Shown in pieces: positions 18,401-29,017 of a stretch of 64,000 bases of DNA. The stretch lies in the NCBI GenBank assembly GCA_963791045.1, contig CAWBQK010000018.1, positions 96,001 through 160,000 on the forward strand, given 5' to 3'. Source of the stretch: Candidatus Latescibacterota bacterium (GTDB lineage: Bacteria; Krumholzibacteriota; Krumholzibacteriia; WVZY01). A model generated the notes under the pieces. That model was given only the letters and a program-made list of their open reading frames with translations, searched no databases and was not told where the DNA came from. The translations under genes and the position numbers were made by a program. The number at the start of each line of letters is the position of its first letter. The stretch's first letter is position 1.

Positions 18401-19276
18401 ATGGATAAGAAAGGTGTCGCATTTCTGCTCGTAGCGACAATGTTGGCAGCCGCCGCTGGTGGGGCCGTTTATCTCTATCTAAAGGGGATGCCGGTTGCCC
18501 AGGCGGAAGCGCCCGAGACAATTCCCGTCGTCGTCGCGACGAAGGACATGACGTTCGGAACGACACTTGGTGATGAACACCTCAGAGTTGTGCCGTTCCC
18601 GAAAGAATCGGTCCCCCCGGGATCGTATTCCTCGGTAGACAGCGTGTTTCTGCAGACCACGAAGGTCTTCCTTGCAGAAGGCGAACCGGTCCTCGCGTCC
18701 AAACTCTCCGCGATCGGCGGTGGGTTGTCGGTGCGCGTTTCGGAGAACATGCGCGCCATGAGCCTCAATGTGAACGACGTCACCGGTGTGAGCGGCTTCG
18801 TTCTCCCGGGTGACCGTGTCGATGTTCTCGTGACCGTCAACAACGCGGCGGGCTCGAATGTCGCCGTCACAAAGACGATTCTCCAGAATATCGAAGTTCT
18901 TGCGGCGGGAGCCAAAACCGAGAACAAGGGCAGCCAACACATTACCGTGCAAACGGTGACATTGCTCGTCGAACCCGACGGAGCCGAAAAACTCGCCCTC
19001 GGTGTTGATCAGGGCAAGGTCCACCTCGCGTTGAGAAACCCGGTGGATCATGTAGTTGTCGACGCCAAATCCCAGAACACAAAAACGGTCCTTGGACTCA
19101 ACAGCTCGAAGAAGGCTACGCGCCGCCGTACGACGCCGCGGAAGCCTACGATCACGACAACCAAAAAGGAACCCGTTGAGATCGACCCGACCTTTACCGT
19201 CATCCGCGATGGAAAGATCCTCAAGCAGGAATCCCCCACGGGGAAGTCGGACGATGAAGATTCGGAGAAAAAGTAA
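18401..19276 (+). CDS. cpaB: Flp pilus assembly protein CpaB/RcpC
   Basis: SAF domain, GVSGFVLPGDRVDVL, TILQNIEVLA, VTLLVEP, LALRNP. Confidence 0.93.
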   Translation: MDKKGVAFLLVATMLAAAAGGAVYLYLKGMPVAQAEAPETIPVVVATKDMTFGTTLGDEHLRVVPFPKESVPPGSYSSVDSVFLQTTKVFLAEGEPVLASKLSAIGGGLSVRVSENMRAMSLNVNDVTGVSGFVLPGDRVDVLVTVNNAAGSNVAVTKTILQNIEVLAAGAKTENKGSQHITVQTVTLLVEPDGAEKLALGVDQGKVHLALRNPVDHVVVDAKSQNTKTVLGLNSSKKATRRRTTPRKPTITTTKKEPVEIDPTFTVIRDGKILKQESPTGKSDDEDSEKK

Positions 19277-19331
19277 CCGCTCTCCGTCAGTGAGCGGAGA
19301 GTACGAAGAGGTAATCAGGTAGTTTTCTCGA

Positions 19332-20471
19332 ATGGAGTTCCAGATGTCGTTCCTAAATCAAAAAAATAGAGTATGGCTGCTCGCCGTCGCCGCAGTATTG
19401 ATAGTCTCATTCCTCCCCAGCACCTCTGCGGCGAAGAACGAAAAGCTTCAGGTAACGGTTGGGCAGTCGATGACTCACAAACTTGGCAACACGGTTAAGA
19501 CCGTTTCGATCGCCAACTCTGATGTCGCCGACGTAATCGTCGCCGGTCCCCGGGAAGTATTGATAAACGGCAAGAGCATCGGTCTGACCACTCTTGTCAT
19601 CTGGGATCAGAACAATGTGTCGAACGTATTCGACGTTGTGGTTCGCGGTCCGTTCAGCGATCAAAAGATCGAACTCCGGGTGAAGGTTGCCGAGATCAAT
19701 CGCACCAGGGCGTTCGAGCTTGGATTTGATTTCCTGTATGCGACCGAGCACAATGGTGACCAGTATCTCGGCGGCACGTTCGGCGGCTCCGTTTCCGAAC
19801 CCTCTGTCCCGTTGTCGATCTTTGACGGCATACCCACGCCGGACGCCCAGGGGATATTTCGTTGGATATCGGGAAGCAGTGAGTTTCAGACGATGATCAA
19901 TGCGGCGGTGTCAAACGGCGTGCTGCACGTCCTCTCGGAACCGAATGTTATAGCCGCTAGTGGTGAGAAAGCTGAATTCCTCTCCGGCGGTGAGATACCG
20001 GTCCCCATCGCGTCGGCCGGAGCTCAGGGCGGATCGACGGTGACCATTGAATGGAAAGAATTCGGTACGAAGGTCGTATTCATTCCGACGATCGTTGACT
20101 CTAACGTCATAAACCTCCACGTGGCCCCCGAAGTGAGCAGCCTCGACTACAGCAATGGTGTCGAGATCAGCGGCTTCACCATCCCTTCGCTTCGCACGCG
20201 CAGGGCCGAAACCACCGTTGAGCTCAGAGATCAGGAGACCCTGGTAATCGGCGGGTTGATAACGGAGGAAACGATTAAGGTCCGGACGCGGATTCCGCTC
20301 CTCGGCCACATTCCTTTGCTTGGTTATCTGTTCAGCGATATTGAAAACAGGACGACTGAAAGCGAACTCGTTATCGTCGTCACGCCTCATTTGGTACGGG
20401 CGCTTCCGCCCGGAACGGAAGTCGAGTTGCCCCAGATCGACGAAGAGGGCAAGGACAAGAGAACAAAATAG
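19332..20471 (+). CDS. cpaC: Flp pilus secretin CpaC/RcpA (short form, no obvious BON domain)
   Basis: Pilus-formation N-domain, LSEPNVIAASGEKAEFLSGGEIPVP, PEVSSLDY, IPLLGHIPLLGYLF, ELVIVVTP. Confidence 0.92.
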   Translation: MEFQMSFLNQKNRVWLLAVAAVLIVSFLPSTSAAKNEKLQVTVGQSMTHKLGNTVKTVSIANSDVADVIVAGPREVLINGKSIGLTTLVIWDQNNVSNVFDVVVRGPFSDQKIELRVKVAEINRTRAFELGFDFLYATEHNGDQYLGGTFGGSVSEPSVPLSIFDGIPTPDAQGIFRWISGSSEFQTMINAAVSNGVLHVLSEPNVIAASGEKAEFLSGGEIPVPIASAGAQGGSTVTIEWKEFGTKVVFIPTIVDSNVINLHVAPEVSSLDYSNGVEISGFTIPSLRTRRAETTVELRDQETLVIGGLITEETIKVRTRIPLLGHIPLLGYLFSDIENRTTESELVIVVTPHLVRALPPGTEVELPQIDEEGKDKRTK

Positions 20472-20539
20472 CACCACGAGGTATTACAAGCATGTCCGCT
20501 CAAAAAAATATCAGGATGGAGAAGGGACGCGACTGGGCG

Positions 20540-21622
20540 ATGAAGACGCTCAAGTGTCAAAAAGGCAGCGTGATCATCATGGTCGTGGTGACCCTGATCG
20601 CTCTGTTCGCGTTTGCCGTCGTCGCGATTGATGGCGCGGTTCTCGTCACATCCAAAGCCCAGCTTCAATCCGCCGCCGATGCCGCCGCACTTGCCGGCGC
20701 GTCGGGCCTGGTCGAAGGCTCGGACGATCTTGCTGTTGAGCGGGCCATCGCCTACGCATCCTATAACACCGCGGTTGAGAGGCATCAGACTCCGGTGATC
20801 ATCGACGCCGGGGATGTGACCTTCCCCGATATAGATGTGTGCCGGGTTCGGACGCACCGGACCGAGGCGACGGGCGATGCCCTGAGAACATATTTTCTCC
20901 AGGTCATCACGCCCGGCAGGGACAGCGGGGACATGGCGGCCGTGGCCGCTGCTCGCGCGTTCGACGTCTGTGGTTCAAAGTGTCTCAAGCCGTGGGCGAT
21001 TCCCGACCGCTGGGATGACGCGAACGGCAACGACGCCTGGGACGAGGGAGAACTTTACGATCCCGACGCTACGGGTTATATCGCGCCCTACGATGTTGGA
21101 GCCCGGATCGTTCTTAAAGTTGGCAACCCGCACACGACGGTTGCACCTGGCATCTTTTATCCGGTCGACTTTCCGCCGTTGAACAACGATCTGGGAATGA
21201 AGCCGGAAACCGGCGCCTCGGTATACGAGTCGTGGATCGCCGGTTGTTCGCCTTATATGATCGAGGAGGGTGACCAACTCCAGCTCGAACCTGGAAACAT
21301 GGTGGGCCCGACCGCTCATGGAATGGAAGATCTTATTGCCCAGGATCCGGGCGCCCGCTGGGATCCCGGCACGAAATCGATCGTTGGCTCGGCATACGGC
21401 TCGAGTCCTCGAGTCGGACTGGTGCCGTTTTTTGATCCTACGTTGTCGCCGGAGTCCGGCCGCAACTACGTGACGGTTGCAAAAATTGGCGCGTTCTTTA
21501 TAGAAGACATTGGTGGCGGTGGGGAAGTCACCGGGCGGTTTATTCAAATAACCACGTCCGGTGTACCGTGTGGATACGGACTTGGAACATCGTTGGTAAA
21601 AGGCATTTTGTTGGTCGAGTAG
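20540..21622 (+). CDS. tadG: TadG-like pilus assembly/tip protein
   Basis: KG|SVIIMVVV leader, AIDG...LQSAADAAALAGA, large C-terminal domain with DANGNDAWD Ca-binding-like loop. Confidence 0.8.
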   Translation: MKTLKCQKGSVIIMVVVTLIALFAFAVVAIDGAVLVTSKAQLQSAADAAALAGASGLVEGSDDLAVERAIAYASYNTAVERHQTPVIIDAGDVTFPDIDVCRVRTHRTEATGDALRTYFLQVITPGRDSGDMAAVAAARAFDVCGSKCLKPWAIPDRWDDANGNDAWDEGELYDPDATGYIAPYDVGARIVLKVGNPHTTVAPGIFYPVDFPPLNNDLGMKPETGASVYESWIAGCSPYMIEEGDQLQLEPGNMVGPTAHGMEDLIAQDPGARWDPGTKSIVGSAYGSSPRVGLVPFFDPTLSPESGRNYVTVAKIGAFFIEDIGGGGEVTGRFIQITTSGVPCGYGLGTSLVKGILLVE

Positions 21623-21635
21623 TAAAGGAGAGGGA

Positions 21636-22823
21636 ATGGCTTCGTCGAATGGTAATCGCCCGCTTAGGCTTATCGTTGTCGACAGTGACAGGGGTTCGCG
21701 ACTCTACATCAAACGCAGATTGAACGGAAACGGTGTTCGCGTTATTGGCGAGGCGGACAACGGCCAGGCCGGTTTGCGGCTCGTCCGAGGTCTCCAGCCC
21801 GACGTCGTGCTCCTCGAGCTCGAAGCGATCCCGGATCACACACTCGATCTCGTCAAGAGCATCCGTGATGAGCTTCCCGACACGGGGATCATACTGAGTT
21901 CGCACGAAACGTCACCCCAGCTGATACTCAATTGTATCAGGGCCGGGGCACAGGAGTTCGTGTCGAGACCGATGGACATCGCAGAGCTCGAGAAGGCGTT
22001 CGACCACGTTCGCAAGCTCCTCGAGAGAACGGTGCCCAACGGCAAGAAGCGGGGCAAGGTAGTCTCGGTATTCGCCGCCAAGGGCGGGATCGGAACGACA
22101 TCGACGGTGACCAACCTCGGCGTGGCTCTCGCGAGCCGGCCGGAAACAAAGACCGTGGTCGTGGACTTGAGCTTTCATATGGGTGATCTGGGTCTCATGC
22201 TCGATCAACCGCCGAGATACAGTCTCAACGACGCTTTCGACGAAGAGGGCGCCGTCGATTCGTCGAAGCTTCCATCGATTATCAGTCAGCATGACTCCGG
22301 GCTCTACCAGGTGACCGTTGCGGCGAGCCCCGAAGTAAGCGACGAGATTTCGGCCAGCCATATGGTCGAGTTGTTTGGATACCTCAACGCGATGTTTGAC
22401 TACGTCGTCGTGGATCTGGGCCGGCATCTCGATGACAGGACCATTGAAGTATTGACACTGTCGGACGCGGTGCTGTTCCTCTCGTGCCTGGATCTGCCAT
22501 CCATTAGAAATGTCAAACGCTATCTGGAAATTTTCGAAGAACTGGAGATCGAGAGCGACCAGATCCACCTGGTCGTAAACCGGTTTCACAAGAAGAGCCG
22601 TCTTACATTGAGCGATCTCGAGACGGCCGTTGGACTCGAGACATTCTGGACAATACCAAATGATTTCGCACCGGTAAGCCTCGGTATCGACCGCGGCAAT
22701 CCCGCAGTGCTCGAGGCTCCCAAATCGAAGGTGTCTCAAAATATCAAAGATCTGGCCGAGTGTGTCTGCGAACTGTACAGCGTTGAGTCCGCAGAAAACT
22801 CGATGGAAACGGCCACGAACTGA
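21636..22823 (+). CDS. cpaE: CpaE/TadZ pilus localisation ATPase with atypical receiver domain
   Basis: N-terminal REC-like domain, deviant Walker A AKGGIGTTS, YVVVDLG, VVNRF, IPND. Confidence 0.9.
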   Translation: MASSNGNRPLRLIVVDSDRGSRLYIKRRLNGNGVRVIGEADNGQAGLRLVRGLQPDVVLLELEAIPDHTLDLVKSIRDELPDTGIILSSHETSPQLILNCIRAGAQEFVSRPMDIAELEKAFDHVRKLLERTVPNGKKRGKVVSVFAAKGGIGTTSTVTNLGVALASRPETKTVVVDLSFHMGDLGLMLDQPPRYSLNDAFDEEGAVDSSKLPSIISQHDSGLYQVTVAASPEVSDEISASHMVELFGYLNAMFDYVVVDLGRHLDDRTIEVLTLSDAVLFLSCLDLPSIRNVKRYLEIFEELEIESDQIHLVVNRFHKKSRLTLSDLETAVGLETFWTIPNDFAPVSLGIDRGNPAVLEAPKSKVSQNIKDLAECVCELYSVESAENSMETATN

Positions 22824-22849
22824 ACCCACTGACCTGAGGAGATAGAACA

Positions 22850-24258
<1,409 letters not shown>

Positions 24259-24259
<1 letters not shown>

Positions 24260-25230
24260 TGGATTTCCAGCTTCTCATACCGAGTATCGGTGCGTTCCTG
24301 GCAGTGGTGTGTTTTGCCACGGGCGTGCTGTTCGTCGCGAGAGCCCAGGCCAACAGGCGGGTTCGCGACAGATTACAGGATGTAATTCTGCTCGGTGAGG
24401 GTGAACAAGGCGCCAAGGCGGTTATTCTCCGCGACATGGAATTGAGCACGATACCGTTTCTGAACGATCTGCTCAAGCATGCCAAATGGGCTCAGAAATT
24501 GGACAACCTCCTCGTGCAGGGTGACCTTCCGCTGCGCCTGGGGACTTTCCTCTCCCTTATGGGATTTCTGGGGGCCGCAGGCATTTTCGTGACCGCCGGG
24601 TTTTTTCATCGGCCGTTTATAGCGCTACCCGTCGGCCTGCTGGCCGCGTCGGTGCCGCTCATCTATGCAAAACAAAGGAAAGCCAAACGCCTTCGCCAGT
24701 TTGAACAACAGTTCCCCGATGCGCTCGATATGCTCAACCGCGCCCTCCGAGCGGGGCTTGCCATGAACGGAGCGATTCAGATCGTTGCCGATGAAGCTCC
24801 CGACCCGGTGGCGCAAGAGTTCCGCGTGCTGTTTGAAGAAAACAGGCTCGGACTCGACCTGAGGGAAGCATTGAAGAAACTCGCCGGGCGAGTCGAAAGC
24901 TCCGAGCTTCATCTCTTTGTGACGGCCGTCATTCTCCAGAGGGAAACGGGTGGTAACCTTGCGGAGATCCTCGAGAGAACAGCGGAGATTATCCGCGATC
25001 GTTTCCGGATTCTTGGAGACGTGCGGACGCTGACCGCGCAGGCGCGAATGTCGGGATTCATTCTGACAATCCTGCCGCTTGCCATGGCCGGCATAATCAT
25101 GTTCGTCGCGCCGGATTATCTCAAGGGAATGCTCGCTGACCCGGTAGGACGCTACCTGGCCGTTACGGCGGTAGTGTTACAGATCATAGGTTTCCTGGTT
25201 ATGCGGAAGATCGTCAACATAAAGGTGTAG
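24259..25230 (+). CDS. tadB: TadB type II secretion F-family membrane protein
   Basis: FEQQFPDALD...LRAG, QRETGGNLAEIL, LTAQARMS. Confidence 0.93.
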
Positions 25231-25233
25231 GTC

Positions 25234-26172
25234 ATGATTCTGTATCTTGTTCCCATTCTTACCGCTCTTACGTTACTGGCCGCCGCCGCCGCGTTCTATC
25301 AGATCCAGCTCCGCAGGGGCGACGTGTCCGAACGCTTGAAGCGAGTCGTCGACGGGTCAGGGACGCACGAGCCCCAGGCTGCAACCGTAGACTCGGCGGA
25401 TTCGCCGCTTCCGATCTATCTGAGACTGGTGACGTTCTTCTCATGGCTTATGCCGGGTCATATCTATTCTGAGACCCTTCAGTGGGAACTCGCGCAGGCG
25501 GGACACGGTCACATGGAAGCGCGAAAGGTGTTCGCCGGATCGCGTGTCATATCGATCATCGTCTTTGGACTCGCGACATTTATAACCGTCTGGACTTTTC
25601 ACCTGGCGCCGCAGGAGATTCTGATTATCACCGGAGTTGGAACCCTTTTTGGTTTCTTCCTTCCGATGATGGTCCTCCGTTATCAGCAGAACAAGCGGCA
25701 GTGGGCGATTACGCTGGCGCTCCCCGATGCGCTCGACCTCCTTGTCATTTGCGTCGAGGCCGGGCAGGGGCTGAACGCGGCGCTCTTGAAAGTGGGCCGT
25801 GAATCCGAACACCAGGCAAAAGAGCTTTCCTACGAATTGAGGACAGTTAATAACGAAATGCGGGCGGGTATTGCACGGACGCAGGCTCTTCGAAATTTCG
25901 CACTTCGCACGGGTGTGGATGAGATCCGGGCTCTCGTCGCCGTCATGATTCAGAGTGACAGATTCGGTACGAGCATCGCCACCGCGCTTCGGACACATGC
26001 CGAATCGCTTCGTATCCGCCGGCGTCAGCGGGCGGAAGGGGCCGCGCGAAAAGCGCCCGTAAAACTTGTATTTCCTTTGGTATTTTGCATTTTTCCCGAG
26101 CTACTTGTCGTGATTCTTGCACCTGGAATGCTCGAACTATTCCGGGCGCTGTCCAAAATGGTAGCGAACTAA
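25234..26172 (+). CDS. tadC: TadC type II secretion F-family membrane protein
   Basis: LPDALDLLVICVEAGQGL, QSDRFGTSIA..LR, KLVFPLVFCIFP. Confidence 0.93.
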   Translation: MILYLVPILTALTLLAAAAAFYQIQLRRGDVSERLKRVVDGSGTHEPQAATVDSADSPLPIYLRLVTFFSWLMPGHIYSETLQWELAQAGHGHMEARKVFAGSRVISIIVFGLATFITVWTFHLAPQEILIITGVGTLFGFFLPMMVLRYQQNKRQWAITLALPDALDLLVICVEAGQGLNAALLKVGRESEHQAKELSYELRTVNNEMRAGIARTQALRNFALRTGVDEIRALVAVMIQSDRFGTSIATALRTHAESLRIRRRQRAEGAARKAPVKLVFPLVFCIFPELLVVILAPGMLELFRALSKMVAN

Positions 26173-26227
26173 CTAATAACGGAGCGAGATTGCGGTTAGT
26201 CAATTAGTGAGAGAGAGGAGGTCAGAT

Positions 26228-26344
26228 ATGTCGTTCAACATGATTCTTCTGATTCTTGGCGTCGTGTTTGGTATCGCTTACTTCGCCAAGCGCAGCCATC
26301 GCAAACAAAAGGATATGAAGATGCGCGCAAAGCGGAGCGCATAA
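26228..26344 (+). CDS. Small (38 aa) single-TM protein with basic tail, absent from the ORF track
   Basis: GAGAGGAGG RBS followed by MSFNMILLILGVVFGIAYFAKRSHRKQKDMKMRAKRSA*, then a hairpin. Confidence 0.7.
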   Translation: MSFNMILLILGVVFGIAYFAKRSHRKQKDMKMRAKRSA

Positions 26345-26366
26345 GCACGAAAATGAAATTGGGGCG

Positions 26367-26393
26367 GGGGCGGTCCTTTGGTCGCACCGCCCC
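26367..26393 (+). terminator. Possible terminator/stabilising hairpin after the small ORF
   Basis: GGGGCGGT...ACCGCCCC 8-bp stem with only a weak U-tail. Confidence 0.4.
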
Positions 26394-26452
26394 TGTTCAA
26401 CCGACTAACGGTTCGGGAACCTCAACTGAATATAGCAACACAGGAGGAACCG

Positions 26453-26680
26453 TTGAAAAGGTTAAAGAAATTAATTCGCGGACAAAGCGGACAGGATATG
26501 GTCGAGTACGGCTTGCTCGCCGCGACCATTTCTCTGGTTGCCGTATCCGCGCTTTTGTATTTCAGCCCCGTGCTCAAACCGATCTACTACAGCGTCCAGG
26601 ACGCCGTACGCCGTGCCGCAAACTCCAACCCCGGGAACCCCGGTGATGGCGGACGTGGCGGCGACAGACCCACCTCGTAA
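26453..26680 (+). CDS. flp: Second Flp pilin with Gly/Pro-rich C-terminal extension
   Basis: AGGAGG RBS and TTG start: MKRLKKLIRGQSG|QDMVEYGLLAATISLVAV...NPGNPGDGGRGGDRPTS. Confidence 0.85.
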   Translation: MKRLKKLIRGQSGQDMVEYGLLAATISLVAVSALLYFSPVLKPIYYSVQDAVRRAANSNPGNPGDGGRGGDRPTS

Positions 26681-26849
26681 TTCGCATCCACTGCTTCGAG
26701 AATAGGACCATGCGGCCTGAGCACCGGACAAATCGGATGCGCCGCTTTATGGGTAGCCTTCGATCCAATCCTTGTTAGATCAATATGATATAATTATATT
26801 GTCATCGAGACCCCACATCGAGCACACAAACGACCGATGGAGGCCCGGC

Positions 26850-28697
26850 ATGCGTATCCGCCGTCTGTTTCTTCCCGCCATCTTGCCAGTTGCGATTATT
26901 TCGTTCTTGATTACTCCGTCGCCGGTGGTTTCCGCAGAGGGTGATGCCGCCAAAGTCCGGTCGAGATCGTTGAGCGAGATGCCTTCGGATCCTCCCGCTA
27001 GTTTGAAGGAGATTCGCCTCGAGTCCGCTCCCGCCGCTCCGATTCAATTCGCTTCATTTACCATCACACAGGTGAACGTGGCCGCGGGCGGAGCCAACGT
27101 CCTTTTCGACGCTGCGAACGAACCATCGATCGCCGTCGACCCAACCTTCCCGAACAAGATGGCGATTGGGTGGCGTCAGTTTAACAGTACCTCCTCTAAC
27201 TTTCGCATGGCGGGATGGGCGTACACGGTGGATGGCGGGCGGACGTGGACTTTTCCCGGGGTGCTCGAACCGGGAGTGTTTCGAAGCGATCCGGTGCTCG
27301 GTTTTGATTCGCTGGGAAACTTCTATTACTCGAGCCTTCATGTTGCGAATAGCGTGTTCTCGATCGATTTCTTCAAATCCTGGGATGGCGGAATGACATG
27401 GGGCGAGAAGATCCCCGCGTACGGCGGAGACAAGCAGTGGTTTACGGTTGATCGTACGGGTGGCCAGGGGGACGGGAATATCTATCACGCATGGAGTCAG
27501 GCGGCGGTGCTATGTTGTGACGACAGCACGTTCAACAGATCCGTCGACGGCGGCACTCGGTTTTCGTACCCGCAGGCGATGCCGGCTCTTCCCGTGTGGG
27601 GAACTCTAACCGTCGACCCCGACGGCGCGCTGTACATTGCGGGAACCGATATCGACGATCATTCGCTGTTTTACGTGGTCAAGTCGACCAACGCACAAAA
27701 CGCCTCGATAGCGCCGGTGTTTGATTCCTACACCGTGGTGGATATGGGTGGAAGCCTCTCGGCGCTTACAGGGGGGGCTACTCCCAACCCGGACGGTCTA
27801 CTTGGGCCCGTATGGATCGATGCCGACCATTCGGGTGGACCCTACGACGGGTATATCTACATGCTCGCGTCGGTGACCCCGCCGGGGGATGACCCGCTGG
27901 ACATTCACTTCGTCCGGAGCGTTGACGGCGGTGCAAACTGGAGCACACCCGTTCGTGTCAATGACGATGGCGCGACGAACGCGTGGCAATGGTTCGGAAC
28001 GATGTCCGTTGCGCCAAACGGACGGATCGACGCCATATGGAACGACACGCGAAACACAGGATTGTACCGGCAAAGCCAGCTTTTCTACGCGTACTCGACG
28101 GACGCCGGCGCCACATGGTCGACCAACGAAGCGGCGAGCCCTGTTTTTGACAGCCAGATTGGTTGGCCCAACCAGAACAAGATTGGCGATTACTACGACA
28201 TGGTCTCCGACGATGTCGGAGCGAATCTCGCGTGGGCGGCGACATTCAACGGTGAACAGGATGTGTACTACACGCGGATTGGCGATTACGACTGCAACAC
28301 AAACGGGATCGGCGACGCGATTGACATCGGCGCGGGAACAAGTCTGGATATCGACATGAACGGAATCCCCGACGAGTGCGAGGACTTTGTGACCGCAGCG
28401 TCCCCGGCCGACATGCCGTCGTACGCGCTTTACCAGAACGTTCCCAATCCCTTCAACCCCAGTACGACGATCCGGTTCGATGTGCCTCCGGGCGGCGGCC
28501 ACGTCCGGATTCAGATTTTCGATGTTGGCGGCCGTTTGATGACCACGCTCATTGATCGCGATGAAACCGCCGGGTTGAAAACGGTCGCGTGGAACGGCAA
28601 GGGGAGAGATGGGCACACCGTGCCTTCGGGTCTCTACTTCTATCGGCTCGAAGCGCCCCGCTTTTCCCAGACTCGGAAAATGCTTTTCATAAAATAG
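26850..28697 (+). CDS. Secreted BNR/Asp-box (sialidase-fold) protein with FlgD/T9SS-like C-terminal domain
   Basis: Asp-boxes TVDGGRTW, SWDGGMTW, SVDGGTRF, SVDGGANW, STDAGATW. DCNTNGIGD/DMNGIPDECE Ca-binding-like repeats. QNVPNPFNPST...TRKMLFIK tail. Signal peptide. Confidence 0.85.
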   Translation: MRIRRLFLPAILPVAIISFLITPSPVVSAEGDAAKVRSRSLSEMPSDPPASLKEIRLESAPAAPIQFASFTITQVNVAAGGANVLFDAANEPSIAVDPTFPNKMAIGWRQFNSTSSNFRMAGWAYTVDGGRTWTFPGVLEPGVFRSDPVLGFDSLGNFYYSSLHVANSVFSIDFFKSWDGGMTWGEKIPAYGGDKQWFTVDRTGGQGDGNIYHAWSQAAVLCCDDSTFNRSVDGGTRFSYPQAMPALPVWGTLTVDPDGALYIAGTDIDDHSLFYVVKSTNAQNASIAPVFDSYTVVDMGGSLSALTGGATPNPDGLLGPVWIDADHSGGPYDGYIYMLASVTPPGDDPLDIHFVRSVDGGANWSTPVRVNDDGATNAWQWFGTMSVAPNGRIDAIWNDTRNTGLYRQSQLFYAYSTDAGATWSTNEAASPVFDSQIGWPNQNKIGDYYDMVSDDVGANLAWAATFNGEQDVYYTRIGDYDCNTNGIGDAIDIGAGTSLDIDMNGIPDECEDFVTAASPADMPSYALYQNVPNPFNPSTTIRFDVPPGGGHVRIQIFDVGGRLMTTLIDRDETAGLKTVAWNGKGRDGHTVPSGLYFYRLEAPRFSQTRKMLFIK

Positions 28698-28754
28698 AGC
28701 TATGGCCGGGGCCGGCGATCCGGCTCCGGCCCGACACCCCCTCCTGCTGGATGG

Positions 28755-28780
28755 GAAACTTTTCCGGCAATAATCCCGTA
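28755..28780 (+). promoter_or_regulatory. Candidate ECF sigma promoter upstream of the tricorn gene
   Basis: GAAAC-N17-CGTA. Confidence 0.4.
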
Positions 28781-29017
28781 GAAACAGACATGGTGAAACA
28801 CGGGGGCGGATCGTGGTATATCGACGACGCGGCCGACACCTTGTCGCTGGAGTGAGGAGGTGGTATCCTCACCGCCGGGGGAAGACGGAGGTACGGTGGG
28901 TCCGGCCTTTCTCAATCAGCGGTTCCGCGTATTTTCATGTTTTTGCAGTGCTTGAAGTGTGGCCTGTATGGTGTTGCTATATAGGTAGATGTGGGCTTTG
29001 TCGTAAGGAGTGGTGAG

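Noticed and set aside
21636-22030. CpaE receiver domain with Glu at the phospho-Asp position and Walker A lacking Lys
   Set aside because: Atypical receiver and deviant Walker A are normal for CpaE/TadZ.
28790-28900. In-frame TGA after MVKHGGGSWYIDDAADTLSLE as possible selenocysteine
   Set aside because: No redox motif, no recognisable SECIS or homology. More likely non-coding or a remnant.
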